The position numbers and the translations under genes are program-made. From Patescibacteria group bacterium (GTDB lineage: Bacteria > Patescibacteriota > Patescibacteriia > UBA10025 > JAHIVO01), in contig JBAZKE010000002.1 in NCBI GenBank assembly GCA_041650915.1, forward strand, positions 16,638 through 80,637: a stretch of DNA of 64,000 nucleotides, given 5' to 3'. Below the pieces are notes generated by a model. The model was given only the letters and a program-made list of their open reading frames with translations. It had not been told where the DNA came from and made no database searches. The first letter of the stretch is position 1, and each line of letters begins with the position of its first letter. This document shows positions 42,027-50,887 of the stretch, piece after piece.

Positions 42027-44369
42027 ATGCCGATCATACCAAAATCGTCGGGGATACTCGGCATCAACGCACGAAACCTCCTGTACGTCTCGCGCTACAA
42101 TACAAAATCGAGTAAGCTGCTGGCTGATGATAAAATCAGCACGAAATTTTTTTTGGCAACACGCGGTATCGGTACGGCAAAGCTGTACTACGCCATCAGG
42201 AACCTCGGCGAACTGCGCAACTTCAAGCCGACCCTGCTGCCGAGGCGCTTCGTCATAAAACCGAACCATGGATACGGCGGGGAGGGCATCATCGCGATCA
42301 AAGAAAAACGCGGCAGCTCGTACGTATCGACTGCGGGAAAACGGTACTCCTGGTCAGACCTCTTCGAGCACTGCGTGGGAATTCTCGACGGGCGGTACGC
42401 AATTTCCGGGCTCCATGACCAAATCATTTTCGAGGAACTCCTGGAGCAGCACGAATACTTCCAGCGATTCTCCGATAAAGGGCTCCCCGACATCCGCATC
42501 ATCGTTTTCCACTACGTGCCGGTCATTGCCATGCTCCGCCTGCCGACGGCGGAATCAGAGGGCAAGGCTAACCTTCACCTCGGCGCGATCGGCCTCGGCA
42601 TTGATATGGGCACCGGCAGAACAACATTCGCAGTCCGCAATAATAAGCTGATCAAGTATCTGCCGAATGGCGAACCTGTCCGCAGCATCATCATGCCGAA
42701 CTGGGATGAGATACTCCTCACCGCCTCCAGGACGCAGCACCTGACGCAGATCGGCTACCTCGCCGTAGATCTCGCACTCACGAAAACCGGGATTAAAATC
42801 CTGGAACTCAACGCCCGTGCCGGGCTCGCAATCCAAATATCAAACCAAGGCCTCCTCAGGAACAGGCTCGAGAAACTCTCTGACGTCAAGGTTATCTCGC
42901 CCGCCGAAGGCGTAAAGCTCGGCAAAGCGCTCTTCACCCGCGTCATTAAAGATTCGAAGAAAAAAGTGGCAGCCGAAAAGCCTACCATCGGCCTCTTTGA
43001 GTACGTGACGGTTCTGAGCGGCAGGGGCGGGCACGCGCTCGCAAAGGTTGATCCGCACGGCCAGCAAACGCTGATCGACCGAGGCTTGCAGCTCGACGAA
43101 AACGAACGCCTCCTCCCTATCAAGCTGAAAGGCGTCAAGCTGCAAATTCCTTTTGAACGTATGGACCTCTCACAGGCTGACCATAAAATCATACTCTCCG
43201 GCAAACACCTGCGGGATTTCCTTATTGACACGACGCAAACGCCTGATCCGTATGCCGCTGCGATATGGGTCGAAAGCAGGGCAGAAAAAATTATCCACAA
43301 TGTCGATAAAAAGCTCACCGATATCAACGGCGGCATCCGCCTCTTGGCACGGCTGAAGCCGCTCAACCTCCTCGAAGAGCAGCGGCGATTCTATAAAAAC
43401 CCTACAAGCTCCCCAAAATTCATATACCACCGCGATGCCGCGAGCATACAGAATTTACGCAGCGAATTGAAACGCATCCCGCGCAGCGTGGACCATCCGC
43501 TCATGCCGCTCTATTTAAAAAAAATTGAGGAGCTCTCGAGCAAACTGTCACTGCTTGACGCAGTCGGCAGCAGGGAAATCGAAATACATTCTCGGATGGT
43601 ATACGGGGATGTCACGGACACTGAATACCAGGAAGCGAAAACGCTCCTCAACAACCTGCACCCGAAGCCGGATGCGAGCAAGAAGCTCGGCATCGATGAA
43701 ATAACGTCTCGGCTTGAAACCTACCTGCGAGAAAATAAGCTCAACAAGTGGAAAATAAAACTCCTCGCGAGTACGACCGCCGACATGCAGATCAACAAGC
43801 AGAACACGATCCTCATCAATGAAAAGGTAAAATTCTCGGAGAATAGGCTCCGCGCACTCATCGCGCACGAGGTGGAAACGCACATCTACCGCCTCGAAAA
43901 CGGACGGGAACAACTGTATAAACTCTTTGAGCAGGGAACGGCAGGATATCTCCAGACGGAAGAGGGAATCGCCATGTACAACCAGCAGAAACTCGGCATA
44001 CCGCTCGGATCGAAAGAAGGCTGGCCAGCGCTCAACGTCATCGCCGTACATATGGGAAAGAGCATGTCATTTGCCGAACTCTTCCTCTACCTGTGCGACG
44101 AGTATGACGTAGACCGGGATACCGCTTGGAAAATTTGCACCAAGGTCAAGCGCGGGCTCCAGGACACGAGCGAGCATGCCGTATTTACCAAAGACCTCGT
44201 ATACTACACCGGCTACCGGAGCATCGAACGTTTTGTCCGCGAGCACGGCGAGCGGGCCCTCCAGAAGCTCTACGTAGGCAAAATAGGCGTCGATGATATC
44301 TTTATCATCGAAAAGATTAAAATGCAGAAGCCCAAGCTCCTGCCCGAGTACCTGCGACAGCTCCCATAG
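42027..44369 (+). CDS. Fusion protein: N-terminal RimK-like ATP-grasp (alpha-L-glutamate-ligase-related) plus a C-terminal domain with HExxH and a QEGLA-like motif (DUF1704-like)
   Basis: N-terminal GINARNLLYVSRYN...VIKPNHGYGGEGI...LELNARAGLAIQ is ATP-grasp. The C-terminus carries ALIAHEVETHIYR (HExxH) and LQTEEGIAMYNQ (QEGLA-like). Confidence 0.55.
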   Translation: MPIIPKSSGILGINARNLLYVSRYNTKSSKLLADDKISTKFFLATRGIGTAKLYYAIRNLGELRNFKPTLLPRRFVIKPNHGYGGEGIIAIKEKRGSSYVSTAGKRYSWSDLFEHCVGILDGRYAISGLHDQIIFEELLEQHEYFQRFSDKGLPDIRIIVFHYVPVIAMLRLPTAESEGKANLHLGAIGLGIDMGTGRTTFAVRNNKLIKYLPNGEPVRSIIMPNWDEILLTASRTQHLTQIGYLAVDLALTKTGIKILELNARAGLAIQISNQGLLRNRLEKLSDVKVISPAEGVKLGKALFTRVIKDSKKKVAAEKPTIGLFEYVTVLSGRGGHALAKVDPHGQQTLIDRGLQLDENERLLPIKLKGVKLQIPFERMDLSQADHKIILSGKHLRDFLIDTTQTPDPYAAAIWVESRAEKIIHNVDKKLTDINGGIRLLARLKPLNLLEEQRRFYKNPTSSPKFIYHRDAASIQNLRSELKRIPRSVDHPLMPLYLKKIEELSSKLSLLDAVGSREIEIHSRMVYGDVTDTEYQEAKTLLNNLHPKPDASKKLGIDEITSRLETYLRENKLNKWKIKLLASTTADMQINKQNTILINEKVKFSENRLRALIAHEVETHIYRLENGREQLYKLFEQGTAGYLQTEEGIAMYNQQKLGIPLGSKEGWPALNVIAVHMGKSMSFAELFLYLCDEYDVDRDTAWKICTKVKRGLQDTSEHAVFTKDLVYYTGYRSIERFVREHGERALQKLYVGKIGVDDIFIIEKIKMQKPKLLPEYLRQLP

Positions 44370-44375
44370 CAATCC

Positions 44376-44747
44376 CTACCGGATAATCTTCTTCACCGCA
44401 ACGATATCGCGCTGCACCTGCTTCCGCATGATCTTCGTACTCTCAAACGCGACGAGATTGCGGATTTTTTTTACTACCGTGACTTCCAGCTTCCTGCCGT
44501 ACAGGTTGCCGGTAAAGCCGAGGAGATGCGCCTCAACCTTTCCGATCCCCTTCCCCCGCAATGGCGCTACCCCAATGATAACGAGGGTGCGGTAGCATCC
44601 CTCGCGTACGATAACCCTTGCAGCGTACACGCCGTTGGAAATTCCCTTTCCCGACAAGGCCCGGCGCGAAAAATTCGCCGTCCGGAAGCCGAGCTTCCTC
44701 CCCAGCTTATCGCCGTGGATGACTGTCCCCCTGATTGTCTTCATCAC
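44376..44747 (-). CDS. Monofunctional riboflavin kinase (RibF C-terminal-domain type)
   Basis: GDKLGRKLGFRTANF and the overall flavokinase fold. There is no FAD synthetase domain. Confidence 0.65.
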   Translation of the reverse strand: MMKTIRGTVIHGDKLGRKLGFRTANFSRRALSGKGISNGVYAARVIVREGCYRTLVIIGVAPLRGKGIGKVEAHLLGFTGNLYGRKLEVTVVKKIRNLVAFESTKIMRKQVQRDIVAVKKIIR

Positions 44748-45520
44748 GCTATTGCTTTAATGAGCTGCTCGTGGATGAGCCCGTTGGTCGCAATCGCGCT
44801 CTCGCTGTCGAGCGACCACGGTTTCCCTCCATAATCGGAAACAACCCCGCCGGCCTCCCGTACGAGCAGCGCGCCGGGCGCGACGTCCCACTCAGAAACA
44901 TCCGGCGGCGGAATGACGACACCGTCAGTGCGCCCGACAGCAACGTACGCAAGGTCGAGCGAGCCGCTGCCAAGCCTGCGGGTGTTCATTGCCGTACGGC
45001 TCAACTTTTGCGCTACCTGCGCGGACCGTACGTGAGAATCACGGTGGTGCGAACGGCTGAGCGTAATCACCGCATCAATGAGCCTCGTATTACCCGAAAC
45101 CTTGATCCGGCGGTCATTCAAATACGCGCCAGCTCCGCGTTCTGCATAATACAGCTCATCGAGCATCGGCGCATAAATAATGCTCAGGAGAAGCTCCCTC
45201 CGGCGTACGAGGGCAATGGCGGTGCAGAATAGGGGGATCTTGAGCGTGTAGTTGAGGGTACCGTCGAGCGGGTCGATGACCCACATGTACGATTCGGGGT
45301 TTTTTTCCAATCCCGTCTCTTCACTGTAAAAATCATGGTCCGGGTATTCGTGCTTGATTGTGGAGATGATCGCATTGTTTGCCTCGAAGTCGGCGCTCGT
45401 GACAAGATCGTGCGCGCCCTTCTTTTCAATATCGGTATCTTTCAACGAAGCGTAGCTCCGCATGAGCCGATCGCCGGCGAGCTTGGCTGCCTTAAGCGCA
45501 ATCTGTTTAAATGTCGTCAT
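44744..45520 (-). CDS. Inositol monophosphatase / 3'(2'),5'-bisphosphate nucleotidase family protein
   Basis: EE..., WVIDPLDGTLNY and VAVGRTDG motifs. Confidence 0.8.
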   Translation of the reverse strand: MTTFKQIALKAAKLAGDRLMRSYASLKDTDIEKKGAHDLVTSADFEANNAIISTIKHEYPDHDFYSEETGLEKNPESYMWVIDPLDGTLNYTLKIPLFCTAIALVRRRELLLSIIYAPMLDELYYAERGAGAYLNDRRIKVSGNTRLIDAVITLSRSHHRDSHVRSAQVAQKLSRTAMNTRRLGSGSLDLAYVAVGRTDGVVIPPPDVSEWDVAPGALLVREAGGVVSDYGGKPWSLDSESAIATNGLIHEQLIKAIA

Positions 45521-46020
45521 AGGGTATCAAGTAACACCAGCTCAAGCTTGCCGGAATCCGTATCGTAGAGCGCGAACGACGGTTTATTGCGGATATTCGC
45601 TACATTGCCCGGATTGACGAGCTTCGTTTTACCGACGGTTTCCTCCCATGGCTCGTGCGTATGGCCGTAGAAAACGATGTCATACGCCCCCTCTGCAGCG
45701 AGCCCGTGCGCCACTTTCGGAAAGTGCACGAACGCAATTTTTTTTCTGCCGGCTTCGAGTTCGCCGATATCCCCGTGCAGCGTAACATTACTGAATTCCT
45801 CATACGACCACTTCGTCATGAGGTACTGGTCCCCGTCAACATTCCCGAAGCAGACGTGGATCGGCTTGGAAAATGATTCGGCAAAAACTCTGAGCGTCGA
45901 GGGCGCGCATACGTCGCCGCAGTGAATGAGCATGGCAACGGGATGCCTGTCCAGGTACGCGGTTACCTTCTCAATATTTGCGAGGTTATCGTGTGAATCT
46001 GATACGATTGCGATTTTCAT
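45517..46020 (-). CDS. YfcE/MJ0936-family metallophosphoesterase
   Basis: MKIAIVSDSHDN, HCGDV and GHTH motifs. Confidence 0.7.
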   Translation of the reverse strand: MKIAIVSDSHDNLANIEKVTAYLDRHPVAMLIHCGDVCAPSTLRVFAESFSKPIHVCFGNVDGDQYLMTKWSYEEFSNVTLHGDIGELEAGRKKIAFVHFPKVAHGLAAEGAYDIVFYGHTHEPWEETVGKTKLVNPGNVANIRNKPSFALYDTDSGKLELVLLDTL

Positions 46021-46027
46021 ACGTACA

Positions 46028-46588
46028 TTATTTTAGCTTCCACTCCTGCAGTATTTCATCGCACGTGCTAAAGGGCTGGCCGAGCCGGCATGCCGCGATA
46101 CGGTCGGCCGTAAACGTATGCGCTGCCACGTCATGCCCGACCTCGCCCAGGTTCACCGCGAGCGTGAAGTGGGGGAAAAACTTACCGTACGCGCGCTGTC
46201 GAGACGTGCGCTCGCGCACCTCAAACGGAAGCAATGCATCCGCCACCGCCACGTGCAGCCCCTGGAGCGCATCAGTACGGCTCACGCCGACCCCGATAAA
46301 CTGCACGTCCCTGTGCCGATGGCTGTACAACCCTTCTGTTGAGAGCCCAAGCGGATCAAACCTGCCGGCGATCATGGCTAGCTCCCTATAGAGCTCCTCG
46401 AGTTTGCCATTTAACACGTGCGAGTGTATAAGGCTCAGATGCGGCATCTGGTCCCCGCCGAGCAGCACGCCGGGATTACGGCGCTGCCCATTGAGCTCAC
46501 CGCTCACCGCAACGAGCCACTCCCACGTTTCCTGCGGCGGCAGCAGCACGATGCCGAGATTTACGAGGCTATTCTGCATATCCCCCAT
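46028..46588 (-). CDS. 2H phosphoesterase superfamily protein (LigT-like 2'-5' RNA ligase / cyclic phosphodiesterase)
   Basis: Two H-x-S/T-x motifs (PHLSL, PHFTL) about 100 aa apart. Confidence 0.5.
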   Translation of the reverse strand: MGDMQNSLVNLGIVLLPPQETWEWLVAVSGELNGQRRNPGVLLGGDQMPHLSLIHSHVLNGKLEELYRELAMIAGRFDPLGLSTEGLYSHRHRDVQFIGVGVSRTDALQGLHVAVADALLPFEVRERTSRQRAYGKFFPHFTLAVNLGEVGHDVAAHTFTADRIAACRLGQPFSTCDEILQEWKLK

Positions 46589-46616
46589 TATACCTCGTTG
46601 AATAAAAATTTACACG

Positions 46617-47255
46617 CTAGATGTATCCCATCACAAAGTAGTACGCCGTCGCGCAGTAGTCACGGATGACCGATTTCGCCTCGAGCAGGTTTCGGTAGTA
46701 GTTGCCGGTAAACGCCGGATGCGACGCAATGCACGTGATGTTGGCATTCTGCTTTTCAAACACGTTGCAGGCGCGGCGCGTATGGAAATCTGAGGTTACA
46801 ATAAGTGCAGCATCCCAGCCATGTGCTTCCATGATATCGAGGCTAAACTGGGCGTTCTGGTGCGTATCAAGCGACTGTCCCTCCTCAATAATCGCATCGG
46901 GCGAAACGCCCAGAAACTCCGCATACGCACGCATAAACTCGCTCTCGGTATATGTTTGGTCCTTGACCAGGCCCCCGGCAACGATCATGGAGTCGGCATA
47001 CCCCTGTGTAATAAGATCAACGCCTTTCCGTACCCGTTCTTGTACGCCCCAGGGGAGCGTCTTGAGGTGCGTAACAACGCCGCCGCCGAGAACGATCACA
47101 ACGTCAGCCTGCTGTGGCTCTTCGTCATTCGTGAGCGGAGCAGCGAGCAGCTGATATGCATCCGTAAACGTAAACAGCGCACACAAGACTGCAGCGGCGA
47201 ACAGCAGCCACAGGATCGGCGTCGCAATGCGTCTCTGATTGAGCAGGGCAATCAT
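46617..47255 (-). CDS. DUF218 (YdcF/SanA/ElyC-like) domain protein with an N-terminal TM
   Basis: VIVLGGGV, GYADSMIVAGG and the EGQSLDTHQNAQFS signature. Confidence 0.6.
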   Translation of the reverse strand: MIALLNQRRIATPILWLLFAAAVLCALFTFTDAYQLLAAPLTNDEEPQQADVVIVLGGGVVTHLKTLPWGVQERVRKGVDLITQGYADSMIVAGGLVKDQTYTESEFMRAYAEFLGVSPDAIIEEGQSLDTHQNAQFSLDIMEAHGWDAALIVTSDFHTRRACNVFEKQNANITCIASHPAFTGNYYRNLLEAKSVIRDYCATAYYFVMGYI

Positions 47256-48085
47256 CGCGTTCGAAGCGCTTTCAATGCCTGTATATCATCGGCGTCCTTG
47301 CCATCTTTCGGCGTCTCGAGCAGCCAGTCAACTTTTTTTAATGCTGCATGGCCGAGCATTGCCCGGAAACCGGCCTCGCCGATGGCGCCGTAGCCAATGT
47401 GCTCATGCCGGTCTTTCCGCGAACCGAGTTCACATTTCGCATCGTTCGCGTGTACGAGCCGGAGGCGGTCAATGCCGATGTGCTTATTGAATTCCTGCAG
47501 AGTTTGCTTCACGGCAGCGGCCGTACGCAGATCGTATCCTGAGACGAATGCATGGCACGTATCAAAGCACACGCCAATGCTATAGCGCGGCACCGACTTG
47601 ATAATCGCGCCGATCTCCTCAAATGAATCACCGATGATCGTACCGCCAGCGCCCGCTGAATTTTCGATCAGGAATTGTGCGGACCCGCCGTATCCGTCGA
47701 GTATCTTTTTTACTCCTCCGATGACTTTTTGGAGAGCTGCTTGCTTGCCGAGGTCTTTGGATGAGCCGAGGTGGGTCATGACCGCACGGACTCCGAGCAA
47801 GGAGCCACGCTCAAGCTCCTCACGGATCACGCTGATGGAGCTGTGCCGGATGCGGTTGTTCGAGGAAGCGAGATTGATGTAGTACGGCGTATGGATATAT
47901 GCCGTAAGCCTATAACGCTCACAACGGCTCCGGAACTGCCGAATGCCATCCTCAGTAAGCTCGGGCGCCTTTCCCCCCTGCGGCGGCCGTGAAAAAAACT
48001 GGAAGCACGCGCACCGCTCGGAGTACGCGTTTTCAGGCGCATTGTGCACCCCGCCTGCTGCCGACACGTGGGCGCCAATTTTCAT
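47252..48085 (-). CDS. nfo: Endonuclease IV (AP endonuclease family 2)
   Basis: MKIGAHVS..GG...A.....E.G...FQFF, HTPYYINLAS and CFDTCHAF. I placed the start at the internal Met (48085); the ORF extends to 48175. Confidence 0.8.
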   Translation of the reverse strand: MKIGAHVSAAGGVHNAPENAYSERCACFQFFSRPPQGGKAPELTEDGIRQFRSRCERYRLTAYIHTPYYINLASSNNRIRHSSISVIREELERGSLLGVRAVMTHLGSSKDLGKQAALQKVIGGVKKILDGYGGSAQFLIENSAGAGGTIIGDSFEEIGAIIKSVPRYSIGVCFDTCHAFVSGYDLRTAAAVKQTLQEFNKHIGIDRLRLVHANDAKCELGSRKDRHEHIGYGAIGEAGFRAMLGHAALKKVDWLLETPKDGKDADDIQALKALRTR

Positions 48086-48092
48086 ATGGATG

Positions 48093-49379
48093 CTACTTAC
48101 CCCTTCCTTGATTACGAAAGAGATCGAAAACCTTTCGATTCTGGAGAATGCCGTACAGGTGGTCGCGATACGCATGCGTATTGACCTGCTTCAGTGCCTC
48201 CGGATTATCCTTGTACGCCAGCCGGTGCGTCTCAATCTCCTTGTCTAGCTCCTCATCAGTGGTCCGAATAGATTCTTTTTCTGCTATTGCACGCACGACC
48301 AGCGCTGACTTGATGCGTTCGATGACGCGTGGCTGGAGCTCTTTTTTGAGATCATCACGACTTTTTTTAATGCTCAACAGATAGTCATCAAACTTCATGC
48401 CGCGATTCGCAACATCGTGCTCAAGCTCATGCAGCACCTTGCCCATTTCCGAATGGATCAGTACGTCCGGAATTTCCCCGAAGGCCGACTTCTTGACGAC
48501 CGCATCGACAACCGCGAGTTCCCAGCGCTGCTTCTCCTTATCCTGCTTTTCGCGCATGATGCTCTCTTCAATGCGCTTCTGTAACTCACCGACGGTACTG
48601 ACATTCCCAATGGACTTCGCAAACTCATCGTTGAGCTCGGGCAGCTCAATCTCATATACGGCCTTTACTTTAACTTTAAACTCAATGTCACGGCGGGCAA
48701 GGTCCTTGCGGTGGTATTCCTTCGGAAATCTCACGGTGAACTCTTTTTCTTCCCCTTCGCTCATGCCGAGGAGGTTTTCCTCAAATCCGGGAACAAAATT
48801 GCCTTCTCCGATTACCATCTGCTGGTTCTTAGCCTGCGCGCCGTCAACCGGGACCTTGTCGAGGTACCCATTCATGTCGACCTCGACCTTGTTTCCATTT
48901 TGGACCGGCCGCAAAATCCGCTTCTCCTTGCCATATGCCTTCCGCAGATTTGAAATGACATCGTCAACCTCAGCCGGCTCAACCTGTACGGCACGCTCAT
49001 CTACCTTTACGCCCGCGTAATCACCGAGGGTAACATCCGGCAGGAGCGCGACAGTCGCCTTGAACGCGAACGGGTTGCCGGGCGCTACCTTTTCGATGCT
49101 GACCTGCGGCGGACCAACCGTGACGAGCTTCTCCTGAACAACCGCCCGGGCAAACGACTGCTGAACCGCAAGCTCGGCTGCCTCTTCGTACACCCTCATG
49201 GCGCCGACTTCGCGGGCAACAACGTCGTACGGTGCGTTGCCCGGACGGAATCCCGCAACCTTTACAGTAGTCGATATCGCTTTTGCCGCCTGCTCAAGAA
49301 AGGGCTTCAACTCTTCGTGAGCGAGCTCAATGGTGAGCTCAACCTGACTCTTGGGGAGCTGCTTCTTCGAAACGTGCAT
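48093..49379 (-). CDS. tig: Trigger factor
   Basis: N-terminal ribosome-binding GFRPGNAPYDVV, the PPIase domain and the C-terminal arm. Confidence 0.9.
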   Translation of the reverse strand: MHVSKKQLPKSQVELTIELAHEELKPFLEQAAKAISTTVKVAGFRPGNAPYDVVAREVGAMRVYEEAAELAVQQSFARAVVQEKLVTVGPPQVSIEKVAPGNPFAFKATVALLPDVTLGDYAGVKVDERAVQVEPAEVDDVISNLRKAYGKEKRILRPVQNGNKVEVDMNGYLDKVPVDGAQAKNQQMVIGEGNFVPGFEENLLGMSEGEEKEFTVRFPKEYHRKDLARRDIEFKVKVKAVYEIELPELNDEFAKSIGNVSTVGELQKRIEESIMREKQDKEKQRWELAVVDAVVKKSAFGEIPDVLIHSEMGKVLHELEHDVANRGMKFDDYLLSIKKSRDDLKKELQPRVIERIKSALVVRAIAEKESIRTTDEELDKEIETHRLAYKDNPEALKQVNTHAYRDHLYGILQNRKVFDLFRNQGRGK

Positions 49380-49393
49380 ACTATAGATGACTG

Positions 49394-49933
49394 TTAGAAT
49401 TTATTTTTTTGCAATCTGAGTGCGTACCCGAGTAAGTTAAAGAGGATATGCAGGCCGAATCCGAAACAAACCGTGAAAACGACGAATCCCCAGCCGGGGA
49501 AGTGCACGATGCTCGCCGCTGCGATAGCGCCGACCGTGTAGTCAATCTGATCGAACGGAATCCACGGCGTGCCCGGCGCCCTGTTCACCCTCCGCTTGAA
49601 GAAGCTGCGGATCGTATCCCCCCACACGGCTCCGGAACTGAGGAGGATCCCGAGTGCCCATGTCGTCTCGGGATAATCAAACCGGCTCAGTGTTTCAAAA
49701 AAATCAAACCGGTACAAATACTGCTGCAGGAGAAAAGTGAGGAGCCCAAAAATCGTGCCGAAAATAATACCCCGCCACGTCTTGTGGCTGCCGAAAATGC
49801 GCTTCCCCCGCCATGTCGCGCCGAAATCAACGCTGTACCTCAGCAGGGGGATAAAGCGTGAGAGCGAAGCGGTGAGGTTAGCGATGCCGGCCGGCAATAT
49901 AAACCAAATGCTCTGTCCGATGAGTAGCCACAT
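49394..49933 (-). CDS. CarS-like CTP-transferase (CDP-archaeol synthase family, DUF46) homologue
   Basis: Polytopic ~180-aa protein with the GKRIFGSHKTWRG motif, which resembles the archaeal CarS signature. Assignment is from memory. Confidence 0.45.
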   Translation of the reverse strand: MWLLIGQSIWFILPAGIANLTASLSRFIPLLRYSVDFGATWRGKRIFGSHKTWRGIIFGTIFGLLTFLLQQYLYRFDFFETLSRFDYPETTWALGILLSSGAVWGDTIRSFFKRRVNRAPGTPWIPFDQIDYTVGAIAAASIVHFPGWGFVVFTVCFGFGLHILFNLLGYALRLQKNKF

Positions 49934-50003
49934 GCAACCGTGCTGGTAATGCTTATCTTACGCTCATTGTATCAGGAACCGCACCTTTCCGAAAGTGCCG
50001 CCA

Positions 50004-50885
50004 TCAGGCGCGACCGTTGAGAACCTTCTTGCCCTCCGCGTAACCGTGATCAAAGATTTCATGGAGCTTTTCCGCATTGCGCTCGGCTGTCCGGTACCCC
50101 CGGCGGTTAATGGCGAGACGGACGTTCGGGAACGATCTCAGCTCTTGTTCAGAGGGGTATGAGAACGTCGCTGCGATTTTCTTGGCTACGACGCGCCAGC
50201 CGAAAATCGGCGCGTAGAACAGCGACTCTATAACGTGCCCGGGATATTCAAACATCGTTTTGAGGTGCGTCTTATTCCGATTACGCACGTAGATTACAGT
50301 TTTATCGCTGTGCTCTCGAATCACGTCCATAAAACCCTTCGAACGTATGGCGCTGCCGTCGATGTACCGCCTGCCGTTAATCTCGACGGCACGCGCGTAG
50401 TACGGCGCTGCCGATGATGAGGCCTTAATCGCCTGGAGCGTATCCGCCTTGGCATCCAGCAAAACATGCGAGCACGCGTCGACATCGTACACGCGTACGA
50501 AGAAACGCGTGGGCTGTTTTCTGATCTCTTCGACCGCGAGCTTCTTTTTATGTGACTCGATGTGATCGGTGAGGTAATCCATTTCAACGACATTCCGGAC
50601 CTGGTGGTTCCTGTTCACGGAAGCGTGCAACACATCCAAAAGGAACCGAGGTGCCTTCCGGTACGAGATGAACAGAGGACCCGCTAAATCTTCAAAGTAG
50701 ATGCTCGATCCGAACCTCGTCTGCCGCGACAAAAAGTACGCTCCGTTGTGGGCACCGGCCGAAACGCCGTACACGCTGTGCACACGCCCGTGAATTCCCG
50801 ACTCACTCAGCGCCGTCACCACGCCAGCGCCAAAAACGCCCTGCATGACCCCCTCCTCGAGTATCAAAACAATATCACGCTCCAT
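50004..50885 (-). CDS. Patatin-like phospholipase
   Basis: Gly-rich oxyanion motif (QGVFGAGV), the GVSAG nucleophile elbow and a downstream DGG region. Confidence 0.65.
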   Translation of the reverse strand: MERDIVLILEEGVMQGVFGAGVVTALSESGIHGRVHSVYGVSAGAHNGAYFLSRQTRFGSSIYFEDLAGPLFISYRKAPRFLLDVLHASVNRNHQVRNVVEMDYLTDHIESHKKKLAVEEIRKQPTRFFVRVYDVDACSHVLLDAKADTLQAIKASSSAAPYYARAVEINGRRYIDGSAIRSKGFMDVIREHSDKTVIYVRNRNKTHLKTMFEYPGHVIESLFYAPIFGWRVVAKKIAATFSYPSEQELRSFPNVRLAINRRGYRTAERNAEKLHEIFDHGYAEGKKVLNGRA

Positions 50886-50887
50886 GG

